From Candidatus Aenigmatarchaeota archaeon (lineage in GTDB: Archaea > Aenigmatarchaeota > Aenigmatarchaeia > CG10238-14 > SpSt-28): a stretch of 64,000 nt of DNA. The notes under the pieces were generated by a model. That model had not been told where the DNA came from. It did not search any database and saw only the letters and a program-made list of their open reading frames with translations. Positions 18,001 to 26,412 of the stretch are shown here, piece by piece. A program made the translations under genes and the position numbers. Location: positions 3,083-67,082 of the forward strand of contig JAWBAK010000002.1 in the NCBI GenBank assembly GCA_038997165.1, in the 5' to 3' direction. Every line of letters begins with the position of its first letter. Positions within the stretch are counted from its first letter, which is position 1.

Positions 18001-19917
18001 ATTTTATCTATAAATTCTAGTGAAACTGCCACATTCTATATCGAAATTATTGCATTTGGGGAAAATTTAAATGGATATCTATTAGATAAATTTTATTCTG
18101 GTTTTTTAATTAGGCCATTAGAAAAAATAAATAGAAATGGTTGCGATGATATAAGAAGCGAAGACACTTTTTTAAATCCATTTATTAGGAATCATTGTTT
18201 TATAGATGAAAAGAATCAAAAAGATTTAGCAATAAATAAAAACGAAAAAATTAAATTTTTGGCAATCGCTTATGCAGGTGCTACATTAGATAAAAATATT
18301 TCAGTAAATGTAACTATAAATGTAACAGATGACTCTAATCTTACTATTTTTCAGAATACATCAAGTTTTAAAGATTTAATAAATTTTGAAATATTTAATT
18401 TCACAAAAAAAGGATTATATTTAATTAACTTAACTTTTGAGTTTAATAATATAACTAAAATAGAAACTTATAATTTAAGTGTTTATGAATTAAACTTTTC
18501 TATACAAATACCTAAAAATTACACCAAAGTTAATGATATATTAAGTATTTTTATTTTTGTTAATAGAACAAATGGAATTTCTGAAGAAATAATAAATAAC
18601 ATAACTTCTATATTTCTTTTAACACAAAATGCTAAAATAAAAAATTATAGATATGATAAATCATTACAAAAAATAGAAATTAACATTTCTTTTTCTAATC
18701 CATTTTTTGGAGATATAACTTTAAAAATTGAAGACGAATTAGGAATAGAAAGTAATATAACTATTAGAAATCTTACAGCATATCATTATGAAATTGAAAT
18801 TTCTTATCCAGAAACAGTATTCGTAGATATGGTATTTGCAGTAAAGGCTAGTTCTAAATTATTGCCCTCAAATATAAATATTCAAGCAAATTATACTATA
18901 GAGTATAGTGGAACGTGTTCTTTAGTTTCATCGAAAAATATTTTAAATACTAAAGAGGCATCTTTCATATTTAATGCAACTGATATTGGTGAGTGTAGTA
19001 TTAATATTAATTCAAACGCTACTTATTTAGATCTATTTTTTGAAAGTTATGGTCAAGCAAAAATTTCTATTTTATCTCCTCCTAAAAAAACAGAACCAAT
19101 AGAACTTCCTCAAATTCAACAATTAGCATTACTTATAAGAAAAGCTTCGGATATAATTGAAATAAAGGAAAATTCCTGGAACACAACTGTAATTTTTGTA
19201 AAAAGTATTGGTAGGAATATGAATGTTTCAGCAAAAATATTAAATTATCCAGAACATTTAGTTCAAATAATTCCTCCTAAACAATTAATCGAAGCTGATA
19301 AAGAAGGAATATTTTTGTTTAACATTTCTTTAGATAAAAATGAGACAAGAGAAGAATTTAACATAACTATTTTGTTTAATGGAAGTTTTATTACTAATAA
19401 AACTGATTTAAAGATTAAAGTTTTACGATTAAAGATAGAGGACAAAAAAATAGAATTAGAAAACGAAATTAGAGAATTGGAGAACGAAATTTCTGAATTA
19501 GAAAACAAAATAATAGAATTAAACCAAAGAGAATTATTAGACGAAATTTTAAATATAAAAAATTTGTTAGATTTAGCAAAAGAAGAGTTAAATAAAGGAA
19601 ATATAGCAAAAGTAATGGAAATTATTAACGATATAAAAAATTCAATAAACTATATAAAAAATTCAATAAACTATGTTAAGAATAAGTTAAATGAACAGCA
19701 AACAAAAGTAATGGAAAAACCAAACAATTTTACATTTTTATTAATAATTTTATTAATTATTGCTGGAATTTCTGCAATAATTTTTGTATTATTTATATAT
19801 CCAAAACTTAAATTTAAAAAACCATATTATGATATTAAAAAACAAAAATTTGTTTGGACAAAAGAAGATGAATCTGTTTGGGAAAAGCTGAAAGAAAAAT
19901 GGAGGAAAAAACAATAA
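15067..19917 (+). CDS. giant subtilisin-like (S8) serine peptidase, surface-anchored (1616 aa)
   Basis: Signal peptide, S8 catalytic triad motifs 'ILDTGIDIYHQD', 'HGTHVAGIIAA', 'GTSMSTPFVSGALA'. Then ~1100 aa with dozens of NxS/T sequons, coiled-coil 'ELENEIRELENEISELENKIIEL', and a C-terminal TM helix plus basic tail. Confidence 0.8.
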   Translation: MINKRISFALIFFLTFLFIELSFSNSAYLIQKEKLDEILKNNNFIILSKIKCYFDKICALDKPIKGFESYFFEDKKIFKIHRLESLSIIDAYRVWNTSFENLNLTGNSVKIAILDTGIDIYHQDLNYSLDSWKCFYSINENVIENDWSYCNDDNGHGTHVAGIIAARYLGNISKCFEGYPCGIAPNATLFIAKVFDSNGYAYLIDILNALEWAVNNSVDIVSMSFGIDLSSFGLNSCYPLGNSSLEKAIYLFNSLLDEISIKYNIIFVASIGNNPNSISSPACAKNVIGVGAINKNKNIAYFSSRGPIDNRIKPDIVAPGVNINSTFPINSYKSLSGTSMSTPFVSGALAILIEALRENNISYSSQELKAILLTSPNEEFRNNIFGSGVLNVTELIRIRNNFLTLNIEKNETLRFKVNKTDNYPFKFTIYRHERFEDLNLVRVRIIKDNNVIFESETFDNVFQYKNNSLSGEFYIDVDIKIINKSNTSNKQLNLFTFTFSHKVLNLTEYLEENLNNSVVSMLNVIIDSPIELKLNLANRTIRIFIRDFSGNPIVADKINITILNISDKIVNTTAYFNKSEINFTLPPNLNENYYKLYVIAEKEKRFGIAYINFTYFSFEFLSPREILKVMNGDILNITLRFNYTNISVSQAYLYLENNTNKNISLNFSKENSIISNITLINLEEAGKYYLFLNISLDENNGEYFILNLPLIEFSPIFDYNISYLKNLFADKEYVFNVSIFHINGTKLQINKTLCIENSTTKIFCNSTIDDSVRILTNVSFEGFYNLTINVLHNSNYLNKSFPIKIEFEPNILIIELEKSTFTIFERLNLSARLINSTKNSECTFCKIFVNMTDSEGRVIFLNKELEEIKNIKIPKDFKKGVYNLTLFSKINPIIINTTQINVETLDISTNVSEMIFPNYHNVTINISISENANVSINITKYNVSGIFQIVLDPSNIIDGCTPEINSEGILWCNQTNNIILSINSSETATFYIEIIAFGENLNGYLLDKFYSGFLIRPLEKINRNGCDDIRSEDTFLNPFIRNHCFIDEKNQKDLAINKNEKIKFLAIAYAGATLDKNISVNVTINVTDDSNLTIFQNTSSFKDLINFEIFNFTKKGLYLINLTFEFNNITKIETYNLSVYELNFSIQIPKNYTKVNDILSIFIFVNRTNGISEEIINNITSIFLLTQNAKIKNYRYDKSLQKIEINISFSNPFFGDITLKIEDELGIESNITIRNLTAYHYEIEISYPETVFVDMVFAVKASSKLLPSNINIQANYTIEYSGTCSLVSSKNILNTKEASFIFNATDIGECSININSNATYLDLFFESYGQAKISILSPPKKTEPIELPQIQQLALLIRKASDIIEIKENSWNTTVIFVKSIGRNMNVSAKILNYPEHLVQIIPPKQLIEADKEGIFLFNISLDKNETREEFNITILFNGSFITNKTDLKIKVLRLKIEDKKIELENEIRELENEISELENKIIELNQRELLDEILNIKNLLDLAKEELNKGNIAKVMEIINDIKNSINYIKNSINYVKNKLNEQQTKVMEKPNNFTFLLIILLIIAGISAIIFVLFIYPKLKFKKPYYDIKKQKFVWTKEDESVWEKLKEKWRKKQ

Positions 19918-20792
19918 TTTATAAAAATGGAATTTCGATAAATCAAAAATATTTGCTTGATCCTTTGGTTGCAGATTTAATTTCTTTTGTATCCCATGCT
20001 CATATAGATCATGCTCCATATTTAGTTGTAAAAAAACCTTTTGCAACAGAAGAAACAATAGATTTAATTCAAGTTAGAGATAAAAATTTTATTGGAGAGA
20101 AAGTCAAATATAATAAAAAATATAATATTGATAATATAAGTTTTGAATTTTTTGATTCTAAACATATTTTGGGTTCTGCAATGATTTATTTAGAATTAGA
20201 TGGAAATTCTATATTATATACAGGCGATTTAAGAACAATAGAATTTAATAAAGATGTAGATATTCTTATAATAGAATCAACATTTGGAAGTAAAGAATAT
20301 ATTTTTCCAAATAGAGAAGAAGAAATAGAAAGACTAATAAAATTTATTAGAGAAAAAGTAGATATTCTAAATAAAAAAGTAGAAATAGGAGCTTATCCGC
20401 TAGGTAAAGCTCAAGAAATAATAAAAATTTTAAACGATTATGGATATATTCCTTCAGCTACAAAAACAATTGAAAAATTTAATGAAATTTATAGAAAATA
20501 TAAAATAAAATTAAAAACTTCTAAAAATTCACAAATTTTAATTAGATCAATGAATGAAGTTATAAACAATCCATTAGAAGGTTATTATCATGCTTTTTGT
20601 AGTGGATGGGCATTAGTAAGAAAATTTGAAAATATAGAAGGTTTTGTTATTTCTGATCATTTAGATTTTAATGGATTAATAGAATTTGTAAAAAATATTA
20701 ATCCAAAAAAAATTTATACTGTTCATGGATTTTCAGAAATATTTGCTAATGAATTAAGAAAGATGGGATTTAATGCACAACCCCTAATTTAA
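19878..20792 (+). CDS. MBL-fold metallo-hydrolase (beta-CASP-like small nuclease candidate)
   Basis: 'SHAHIDHAPY' (HxHxDH), 'YTGDLR', 'IIESTFG', terminal 'VHG'. The true start may be the internal Met at ~19899 to avoid overlap with the peptidase gene. Confidence 0.5.
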   Translation: MGKAERKMEEKTIIYKNGISINQKYLLDPLVADLISFVSHAHIDHAPYLVVKKPFATEETIDLIQVRDKNFIGEKVKYNKKYNIDNISFEFFDSKHILGSAMIYLELDGNSILYTGDLRTIEFNKDVDILIIESTFGSKEYIFPNREEEIERLIKFIREKVDILNKKVEIGAYPLGKAQEIIKILNDYGYIPSATKTIEKFNEIYRKYKIKLKTSKNSQILIRSMNEVINNPLEGYYHAFCSGWALVRKFENIEGFVISDHLDFNGLIEFVKNINPKKIYTVHGFSEIFANELRKMGFNAQPLI

Positions 20793-21295
20793 GGTAAAAA
20801 TTTTTTTCTCCATTTTTCTTTTAATTTTTCAAATTTTTTCTCTTCTTCATTTTCTTTTTCTATTTTATTTTCTTCTTTTTTTTCTTTAATTTCAACTTTT
20901 ATTGCTAAGAGTTTTTGCCATATTTGATTTAGTTCAGCTTCACTTATTTCATTGGGTTTGTTTTGAATAATTGGAATATCTTCGTTGCTATAAATAGGAT
21001 AAATTCTTATATTAAAATGTTTTAATGGAGATCTTATAATTGCTATTTGTACATCTATAGCATTCAGAACATCTTTAATACCTTTTGCTAATTCTAATGA
21101 TTTTTTAAGACAATGATAAGAAGTTTCTAAATCAAAATCAAAGGTTTCATAATGAAATCTTGGAACCAATATTACCATACCTTTTGTTACTGGTCTAATA
21201 TCTAAAAAAGCCACACATTTTTCATCTTCGTATATAATATAGCTAGGAATTTCCTTTTTTACTATTTTACAAAAAATACATTCTTGAACTTCCAT
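20789..21295 (-). CDS. HIT-family-like protein with degenerate histidine triad
   Basis: N-terminal 'CIFCKIVKKEIPSYIIYEDEKCVAFLDIRPVTKGMVILVPRFH' is HINT-like. The expected HxHxHxx is replaced by 'KHFNIRIYPI'. It has a K/E-rich tail. Confidence 0.45.
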   Translation of the reverse strand: MEVQECIFCKIVKKEIPSYIIYEDEKCVAFLDIRPVTKGMVILVPRFHYETFDFDLETSYHCLKKSLELAKGIKDVLNAIDVQIAIIRSPLKHFNIRIYPIYSNEDIPIIQNKPNEISEAELNQIWQKLLAIKVEIKEKKEENKIEKENEEEKKFEKLKEKWRKKFLP

Positions 21296-21860
21296 ATAAA
21301 TTATAAATTAAATTACTGTAAATTTTGTTAGCAACATACTTTCCAATTGTTCTTGCTTCTTTTTCTTCTTCCGAATTGAAATAATCAAAAAAATTTTTAA
21401 ATTGATGGCTACTTCTTTTTATTTTTCCTTTTAAATCTTGAATATAGTGAGTTAGTTCATGAGCTATTGTTTCTATTAATTTTTTTGGATATTTGAATAG
21501 CCATTTTGGTATATAAATTGCAGCATCATAAATTCTTCCATAAAAATCTTTTACGCTTCTGTACATTCCCAAAACAATTGCATTATTATATAAAGAAGGT
21601 AAATTATCTACTACATAAATTTTAACTCTGTTTAAATATTCTCTTGGAATATTGAATATTTTGGTAATTTCTTTTTTAATTTGGGAGTATAATGTTTCAT
21701 ACGAAGTATTTATTTCAGAAAAAGAATTATTTAAATTTAAATAAGAATAATTTGAAGGTAAGGAGATAAAATAAAGATTTCTATTTAAATTTTTTACGAA
21801 ATTATTATAAAGCTTATATAATTTTTCCATTAGTTCTTTGAAAAATTCTTTTTCTCTCAT
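21267..21860 (-). CDS. putative zinc metallopeptidase (HExxH), hypothetical
   Basis: 'IETIAHELTHYIQDLKG' HExxH motif. No other family features recognised. Confidence 0.3.
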   Translation of the reverse strand: MREKEFFKELMEKLYKLYNNFVKNLNRNLYFISLPSNYSYLNLNNSFSEINTSYETLYSQIKKEITKIFNIPREYLNRVKIYVVDNLPSLYNNAIVLGMYRSVKDFYGRIYDAAIYIPKWLFKYPKKLIETIAHELTHYIQDLKGKIKRSSHQFKNFFDYFNSEEEKEARTIGKYVANKIYSNLIYNLYGSSRMYFL

Positions 21861-21898
21861 AAATTAAAAATATATATTAATTTTGAATTAATTAATTT

Positions 21899-22363
21899 AT
21901 GAAATCAAAAGCTCAAGCAGCTTTAGAGTTTTTAATGACATATGGTTGGGCAATATTGCTAGTAATAGTAGTAGTAGGAGCACTTTATGCAACAGGGATG
22001 CTTAAGCCATGTAGATGGGTAGGATTACAAGCAAAGGAATTTCCACTAAGTGAGGTAAGAGTAGTACCAATAAGATTAACAAAAAATGATTTAGTATTTG
22101 AAGTTTATTATCAACAAGCAGGTAATGCTGAATATGTAAGTGTTTCAATTTCAGGAACAGCAGATGGAAAATCTGTAACTATAGGTAATATAACAAATAC
22201 TACCTATTCATTTAGTTCCACAAGCCCAGTAACAATTACAGTATCTCTTTCAGAATTAAGTGGTGGAGAATGTGCGGATTTTGATATAACAATAGAATAT
22301 ATAAAACCAGGAGCAACAGCAACGAGCAAAGTTAGTGGAAAAATAACAGGACCTGTAAGTTAA
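21899..22363 (+). CDS. archaeal type IV pilin-like protein with class III signal peptide
   Basis: 'MKSKAQAALEFLMTYGWAILLVIVVVGALYA' is the canonical archaeal prepilin N-terminus (K-A-Q|A-ALEFLMTYGWA). The rest is a Thr/Ser-rich beta domain. Confidence 0.6.
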   Translation: MKSKAQAALEFLMTYGWAILLVIVVVGALYATGMLKPCRWVGLQAKEFPLSEVRVVPIRLTKNDLVFEVYYQQAGNAEYVSVSISGTADGKSVTIGNITNTTYSFSSTSPVTITVSLSELSGGECADFDITIEYIKPGATATSKVSGKITGPVS

Positions 22364-22384
22364 TTTCCCTAATTTTTTATTTTT

Positions 22385-22546
22385 TTAAATTATAAATCTT
22401 AATATTAAAATTAAAATACCAATAAGAACTGAAATAATTATAACTTGCTCAATTTTCAATTTAATTTTAGATTCTGGTTCTTCTTCTAAATGAATTAAAC
22501 CTCCATATCCAGCAGGCATCAAATATTTTTTGGCTTTCTTCACCAT
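22385..22546 (-). pseudogene. secG: Sec61-beta/SecG-like ORF disrupted by an apparent -1 frameshift
   Basis: Frame A gives 'MVKKAKKYLMPAGYGV*'. The adjacent frame continues '...LIHLEEEPESKIKLKIEQVIIISVLIGILILILRFII*'. Joined, these resemble the archaeal Sec61-beta C-terminal TM region ('GLIRY.EE...IK..P..V' pattern). Confidence 0.25.
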
Positions 22547-23849
22547 AATAAAATTAAGAGAATATCTTTATATGGAAATAGTAAAAAATTATTATTCTAA
22601 TGAAAAGATATTAGAATTTTTAGTAGAGTTTGCAAAAGATAGAGAAGTTGTTGCCGTATATAAAGATGGAAAATATGGAAAGAGACCAGATATATTACAA
22701 TATCCAGCAGATATTATTTCAAAAGTAGAAGAAGGTGCTATTGCCTTTCATTGTACAGCAGAAAAATGGAAAAACCCAATGCAATTAAGAGCAGGAATGA
22801 TAAAAAAAGATTACGATGAATTAAGATTATCATGGGACTTAGTCATAGATATAGATATTAAAGATTTTGAAATAGCAAAATTAGCTACAAAGGTAATAGT
22901 GGAATTTTTAAAATCATATCAAATAAAAAATTTATTAGTTAAATTTACTGGCGGAGATAGTTTTCATATAATTATCCCTTCTCAAAGTTTTCCAGAAAAT
23001 TTTAATAAATCTCCAATTTCGTTACAATATGAAGAATTGAGTAGAAAAATTATAGAATTTATTAAACAATCTACAGAAGAAGAACTAAGAAATCTTATTA
23101 TTGAATTTTTTAATCCTAAGGAGCTATCTCAAAAACTTAATAAATCTTTGGATGAACTTTTTGAAAATAATGTTTTAAAACCATTTAAATTTATAAATAT
23201 AGATGTTTTTGGAGTTAGACATTTATTTAGAATGCCATATTCTTTACATGAAAAAACTTTATTAGTTAGTCTACCAATAAATCCAAAAGAAATAATGAGT
23301 TTTAAAAAAAGTGATGCACATCCAGAAAAAGTTATATTTGATGAAAAATTAGTTAGATTTGAATATAAAAACGATGCAATTTATTTATTAATAGAAGCTA
23401 TAGAAAGAGTAAAAATAGAAGTAGAAAAAGAAATAGAAGAATTAAAAGAAAAAGTTGAAGTTGGAAAAAAAAGAAAAATTCCTTTTGAATATTTTCCACC
23501 ATGCATAAAAACAATTCTTAACGGTTTAGAAGATGGAAGAAATAGAAGCATCTTTGTATTAATAACTTTTTTAAGAAATGTAGGTTATTCTTGGGAAGAA
23601 ATAGAAAAAATATTGCACGAATGGAATGAAAAAAATAGACCTCCATTAAGAGAAGGAATAATAAGAACTCAATTTAGATGGCATGTGAGACAAGAAAGAA
23701 ATTTATTAAGTCCTAATTGTGATCATCCAGTTTTCTATAAAGATTATGGCGTCTGTAAGCCCGATGAATTTTGTAAGGAAATAAAAAATCCCTTATCTTA
23801 TGCTTTAAAAAAATTCTTAAAAGATAAAAAAATTAAAAAAGAAGAATAA
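22530..23849 (+). CDS. priS: DNA primase small catalytic subunit PriS (AEP) with C-terminal 4-Cys PriL-CTD-like extension
   Basis: AEP motifs 'WDLVIDIDIKD' (DxD) and 'FTGGDSFHIIIP' (sGxRGYH-like). C-terminal ~120 aa contains C..(PPC), (PNC), (GVC), (EFC) and a helical 'LEDGRNRSIFVLITFLRNVGYSWEEI' segment. Confidence 0.55.
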   Translation: MAFFTIIKLREYLYMEIVKNYYSNEKILEFLVEFAKDREVVAVYKDGKYGKRPDILQYPADIISKVEEGAIAFHCTAEKWKNPMQLRAGMIKKDYDELRLSWDLVIDIDIKDFEIAKLATKVIVEFLKSYQIKNLLVKFTGGDSFHIIIPSQSFPENFNKSPISLQYEELSRKIIEFIKQSTEEELRNLIIEFFNPKELSQKLNKSLDELFENNVLKPFKFINIDVFGVRHLFRMPYSLHEKTLLVSLPINPKEIMSFKKSDAHPEKVIFDEKLVRFEYKNDAIYLLIEAIERVKIEVEKEIEELKEKVEVGKKRKIPFEYFPPCIKTILNGLEDGRNRSIFVLITFLRNVGYSWEEIEKILHEWNEKNRPPLREGIIRTQFRWHVRQERNLLSPNCDHPVFYKDYGVCKPDEFCKEIKNPLSYALKKFLKDKKIKKEE

Positions 23850-24001
23850 TATGGAAATTATAACTATATATATTCCCAAAAGTATAAATCTAGAAATTTC
23901 TATTATAATATTATCTTTAATTATAGCTACGCTATTATTTTTTAAGCTTTTATCTATAAGGAAAAAATTAAAAATAAGAAAAATTCCAGAACTTCCTTAA
24001 A

Positions 24002-24427
24002 TTATGAAGATTCTTTATAAACTTCATATGCTATTTTATTTAGAAAACTAATTCCTTTAGGAGTTAATTTTCTTCCTTTTTTTTCTACTTTTTCGACAAG
24101 ACCAGCTTTTTCTAATTGTTGCAAAATAGTTCTAATAATTTTTCCACTGGCTTTTTTAAATTTTTCTCTTTGTCTTTTATGTTGTTTTCTTCTTCCATAG
24201 TAAGTTCTTAATCTACTTACTCCAACAGGACCATCTATATATAATCTTCTTAATATACTAGCAGCTCTAATGTACCAAAAATCTTCTTGCTCTGGAGGCC
24301 TTTCGTTAGCACAGGAATTCTTAGCAAATAATGCCCATCTTGGAGGTTTAATTATTTCTATCTTTTTTAACTCTTCTTTAACTCTTTCTATTAATTTTTG
24401 TGGATCAACGTCGTATACAGTTACCAT
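24002..24427 (-). CDS. rps19e: 30S ribosomal protein eS19 (S19e)
   Basis: 'VYDVDPQKLIERVKEELKK...PPRWALFAKNSCANERPPEQEDFWYIRAASILRRLYIDGPVGVSRLRTYYG' is typical S19e. Confidence 0.85.
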   Translation of the reverse strand: MVTVYDVDPQKLIERVKEELKKIEIIKPPRWALFAKNSCANERPPEQEDFWYIRAASILRRLYIDGPVGVSRLRTYYGRRKQHKRQREKFKKASGKIIRTILQQLEKAGLVEKVEKKGRKLTPKGISFLNKIAYEVYKESS

Positions 24428-24458
24428 AAAGAATATTTAAAAAGTTATATAAAAATTT

Positions 24459-24662
24459 ATGTCGATAGAAGAGATTAAGCAAAAAATAATAGAAATTTTA
24501 AAAGTAAAAAATATAATAAGTAAAAAAGAGCTTTTAAACATAATAGAAAATAAAGAAGATGTAGAAAAAGCAATTTATGAATTACTATCGAATAATATAA
24601 TTTTTGAAATTAATATTTTAGGTGGAAATTATTATGGCCTTAAAAATATTAAAAATAAATAA
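24459..24662 (+). CDS. small hypothetical protein (possible wHTH)
   Basis: 67-aa ORF, helical. No motif recognised. Confidence 0.25.
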   Translation: MSIEEIKQKIIEILKVKNIISKKELLNIIENKEDVEKAIYELLSNNIIFEINILGGNYYGLKNIKNK

Positions 24663-24945
24663 GGAAAAATTATTATTTATTCTTTTTGTTATTCTTATTT
24701 TTTTAATGTTTTTGCTAGATGCTTCAACTACAAAAGTTAACTTATGTAAAATTAATGGAAATGCTACGAATCAAACTTGTATTGTTCCTCCTATTCAAGT
24801 ATTTCCATACTTGAAAGAGTGAGTTCTAAGATTTAATTAACTACTTTTAGATAGTTAATAAGCCTAATATAATATATTTATTTAGATAAAAGGAAGATAA
24901 GAATATTAAAAAATCTATATATCCACTTGGCGCATTTTTATAAAT

Positions 24946-25251
24946 ATGGAGGAAAAAAGAGAAGAGAAAAAAAGGTCAGACGAATTAGAAAATGTGTTGA
25001 AAATACTAATTGTTTTAAAAAAACTAAACGGTTGGATATGGATTAGAGAAATAGCAAGAAGAGTAAATTTACACCATAAGACAGTTTCTCGCATTTTAGA
25101 TAAATATTTTAGACCATTCATAGAGGAGCAAAGAATTTTACCTTTTAGAGCTAGACTAGTGAGATTAAAAGATAATATTGATGAAGAAAAATTTATAGCT
25201 TTTTGGAAAATAAAAAAGTTGCAGGAAATATATGAAAAAAGATTTAAATAA
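24946..25251 (+). CDS. winged-helix/HTH DNA-binding protein, hypothetical regulator
   Basis: 'IREIARRVNLHHKTVSRILDKY' HTH-like segment. Confidence 0.4.
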   Translation: MEEKREEKKRSDELENVLKILIVLKKLNGWIWIREIARRVNLHHKTVSRILDKYFRPFIEEQRILPFRARLVRLKDNIDEEKFIAFWKIKKLQEIYEKRFK

Positions 25252-25253
25252 TT

Positions 25254-25817
25254 ATGAGTTTAATTGAGAAGTTTAAAAAGTTTTTTCTTAGAAAGAAAAG
25301 TTCCCTAGAAGCTCTTCAACAAAGCGACGAAACTCTAGAAAAAAAGACAAATATAGAAGAAAATATTTTAGAAAGAAATAATGAATTAGGTTTGATAGAT
25401 GAAAAATTCTTATATGGATATATTTTAAAAACTCTAAAATCTATTGAAGAAAGTTTAAAGAGAATAGAGTACAACATGGTAACAAAAGATTGGGCAGCTT
25501 TAAATTTATCAGAAAAGAAGGACATTGAAAATTTGTTAAACAAATTAGACGAAAAAATAGAGAACATAAAATTTATTTTACCATCTGCTTCAAGCGCTTT
25601 AAGCAGATCGAGCAGATCAAGTGAAATTATTAAGAAAGCCGTTGAAATAATAAGGGAAAGAAAAGAAATAAGTTATGAGGATTTAGCTAGGGAATTAGGA
25701 ATTTCAAATAGTTATTTGAGAGCAATAGCTAGTTTGATAGAGATGAATAATCCAAATATAAAAAGAAATATAAGAGATAAGAAAGGATATTTTATATACT
25801 TTGAAAAAATAGATTAG
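25254..25817 (+). CDS. hypothetical protein with C-terminal HTH domain; contains in-frame copy of the local palindromic repeat
   Basis: C-terminal 'ISYEDLARELGISNSYLRAIASLIE' HTH. The linker 'SASSALSRSSRSSE' is encoded by gcttcaagcgctttaagcagatcgagcagatcaag, which is related to the downstream intergenic palindromes. Confidence 0.4.
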   Translation: MSLIEKFKKFFLRKKSSLEALQQSDETLEKKTNIEENILERNNELGLIDEKFLYGYILKTLKSIEESLKRIEYNMVTKDWAALNLSEKKDIENLLNKLDEKIENIKFILPSASSALSRSSRSSEIIKKAVEIIRERKEISYEDLARELGISNSYLRAIASLIEMNNPNIKRNIRDKKGYFIYFEKID

Positions 25818-25835
25818 TAAAATACTTTTAGAATT

Positions 25836-26090
25836 GCTTAAGCGCTTAAGCAGTTCAAGCATGTTGACTAGTTACTTTTAAAAATTTAAAAATTAATATA
25901 TGGTTCGTAAGCCTACGATATTATCTAAATTAATCATGAAATTCTTTAATTTATAATTAAATGTTTTAATTCTTCAAATAGAAATGCTTTAACTGCTTGA
26001 AGCGCTTGAAGCGCTTATAAGCATAAGCAGCAAAAGAAATTTTGAAATATTTCTTCTGCTTAAGCGCTTAAGCAGATCAAGCAGTTAATA
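25836..26090. repeat. cluster of palindromic elements: two perfect 16-bp palindromes GCTTAAGCGCTTAAGC (25836-25851, 26058-26073), each followed by CAG(T/A)TCAAGCA...TTGAC, plus a composite variant (25995-26030)
   Basis: Read directly. Each element is its own reverse complement. A related copy lies in-frame inside the CDS at 25587-25621. Confidence 0.8.
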
Positions 26091-26166
26091 TATTGACAAA
26101 ATTAAATATAATATCACTAAAAAATAAAATATTTTATTTCTAAATGATAATTATATAACTTTTAGA

Positions 26167-26412
26167 AATTCTCACATTTTATATTATACTTTCATTTATA
26201 TTTTATAGTTAGTTTTATATCGAGAACTATCTCACATTTATTTTAATATTTGTAAAAGCTCTTTTTAAACAATTTAGAAGAATTATCTCTCACGTTTATA
26301 ATGAGAAACTAAACAAATTTAAAATTTAGATTTTTAAGTTCTAAATAGTATTAAACAAATTTTATTATTCTATAGTGGCAAACTATCTTTAGTCTTCTCT
26401 CACATTTTACAG
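26167..26412. repeat. iteron-like motif (a)T(T/A)TCTCACATTT(T)A x4 in direct orientation (starts ~26173, 26232, 26291, 26399), first three with exact 59-bp spacing, plus one inverted copy at 26808-26826
   Basis: Motif occurrences read directly. Only the ~10-12 bp core is conserved; flanks are not. Confidence 0.6.

Noticed and set aside
26167-26412. Possible CRISPR array suggested by the 59-bp periodicity
   Set aside because: Only a ~10-12 bp core is conserved between units. CRISPR repeats would be >=24 bp and near-identical. The flanks are unrelated, and no cas genes are nearby.
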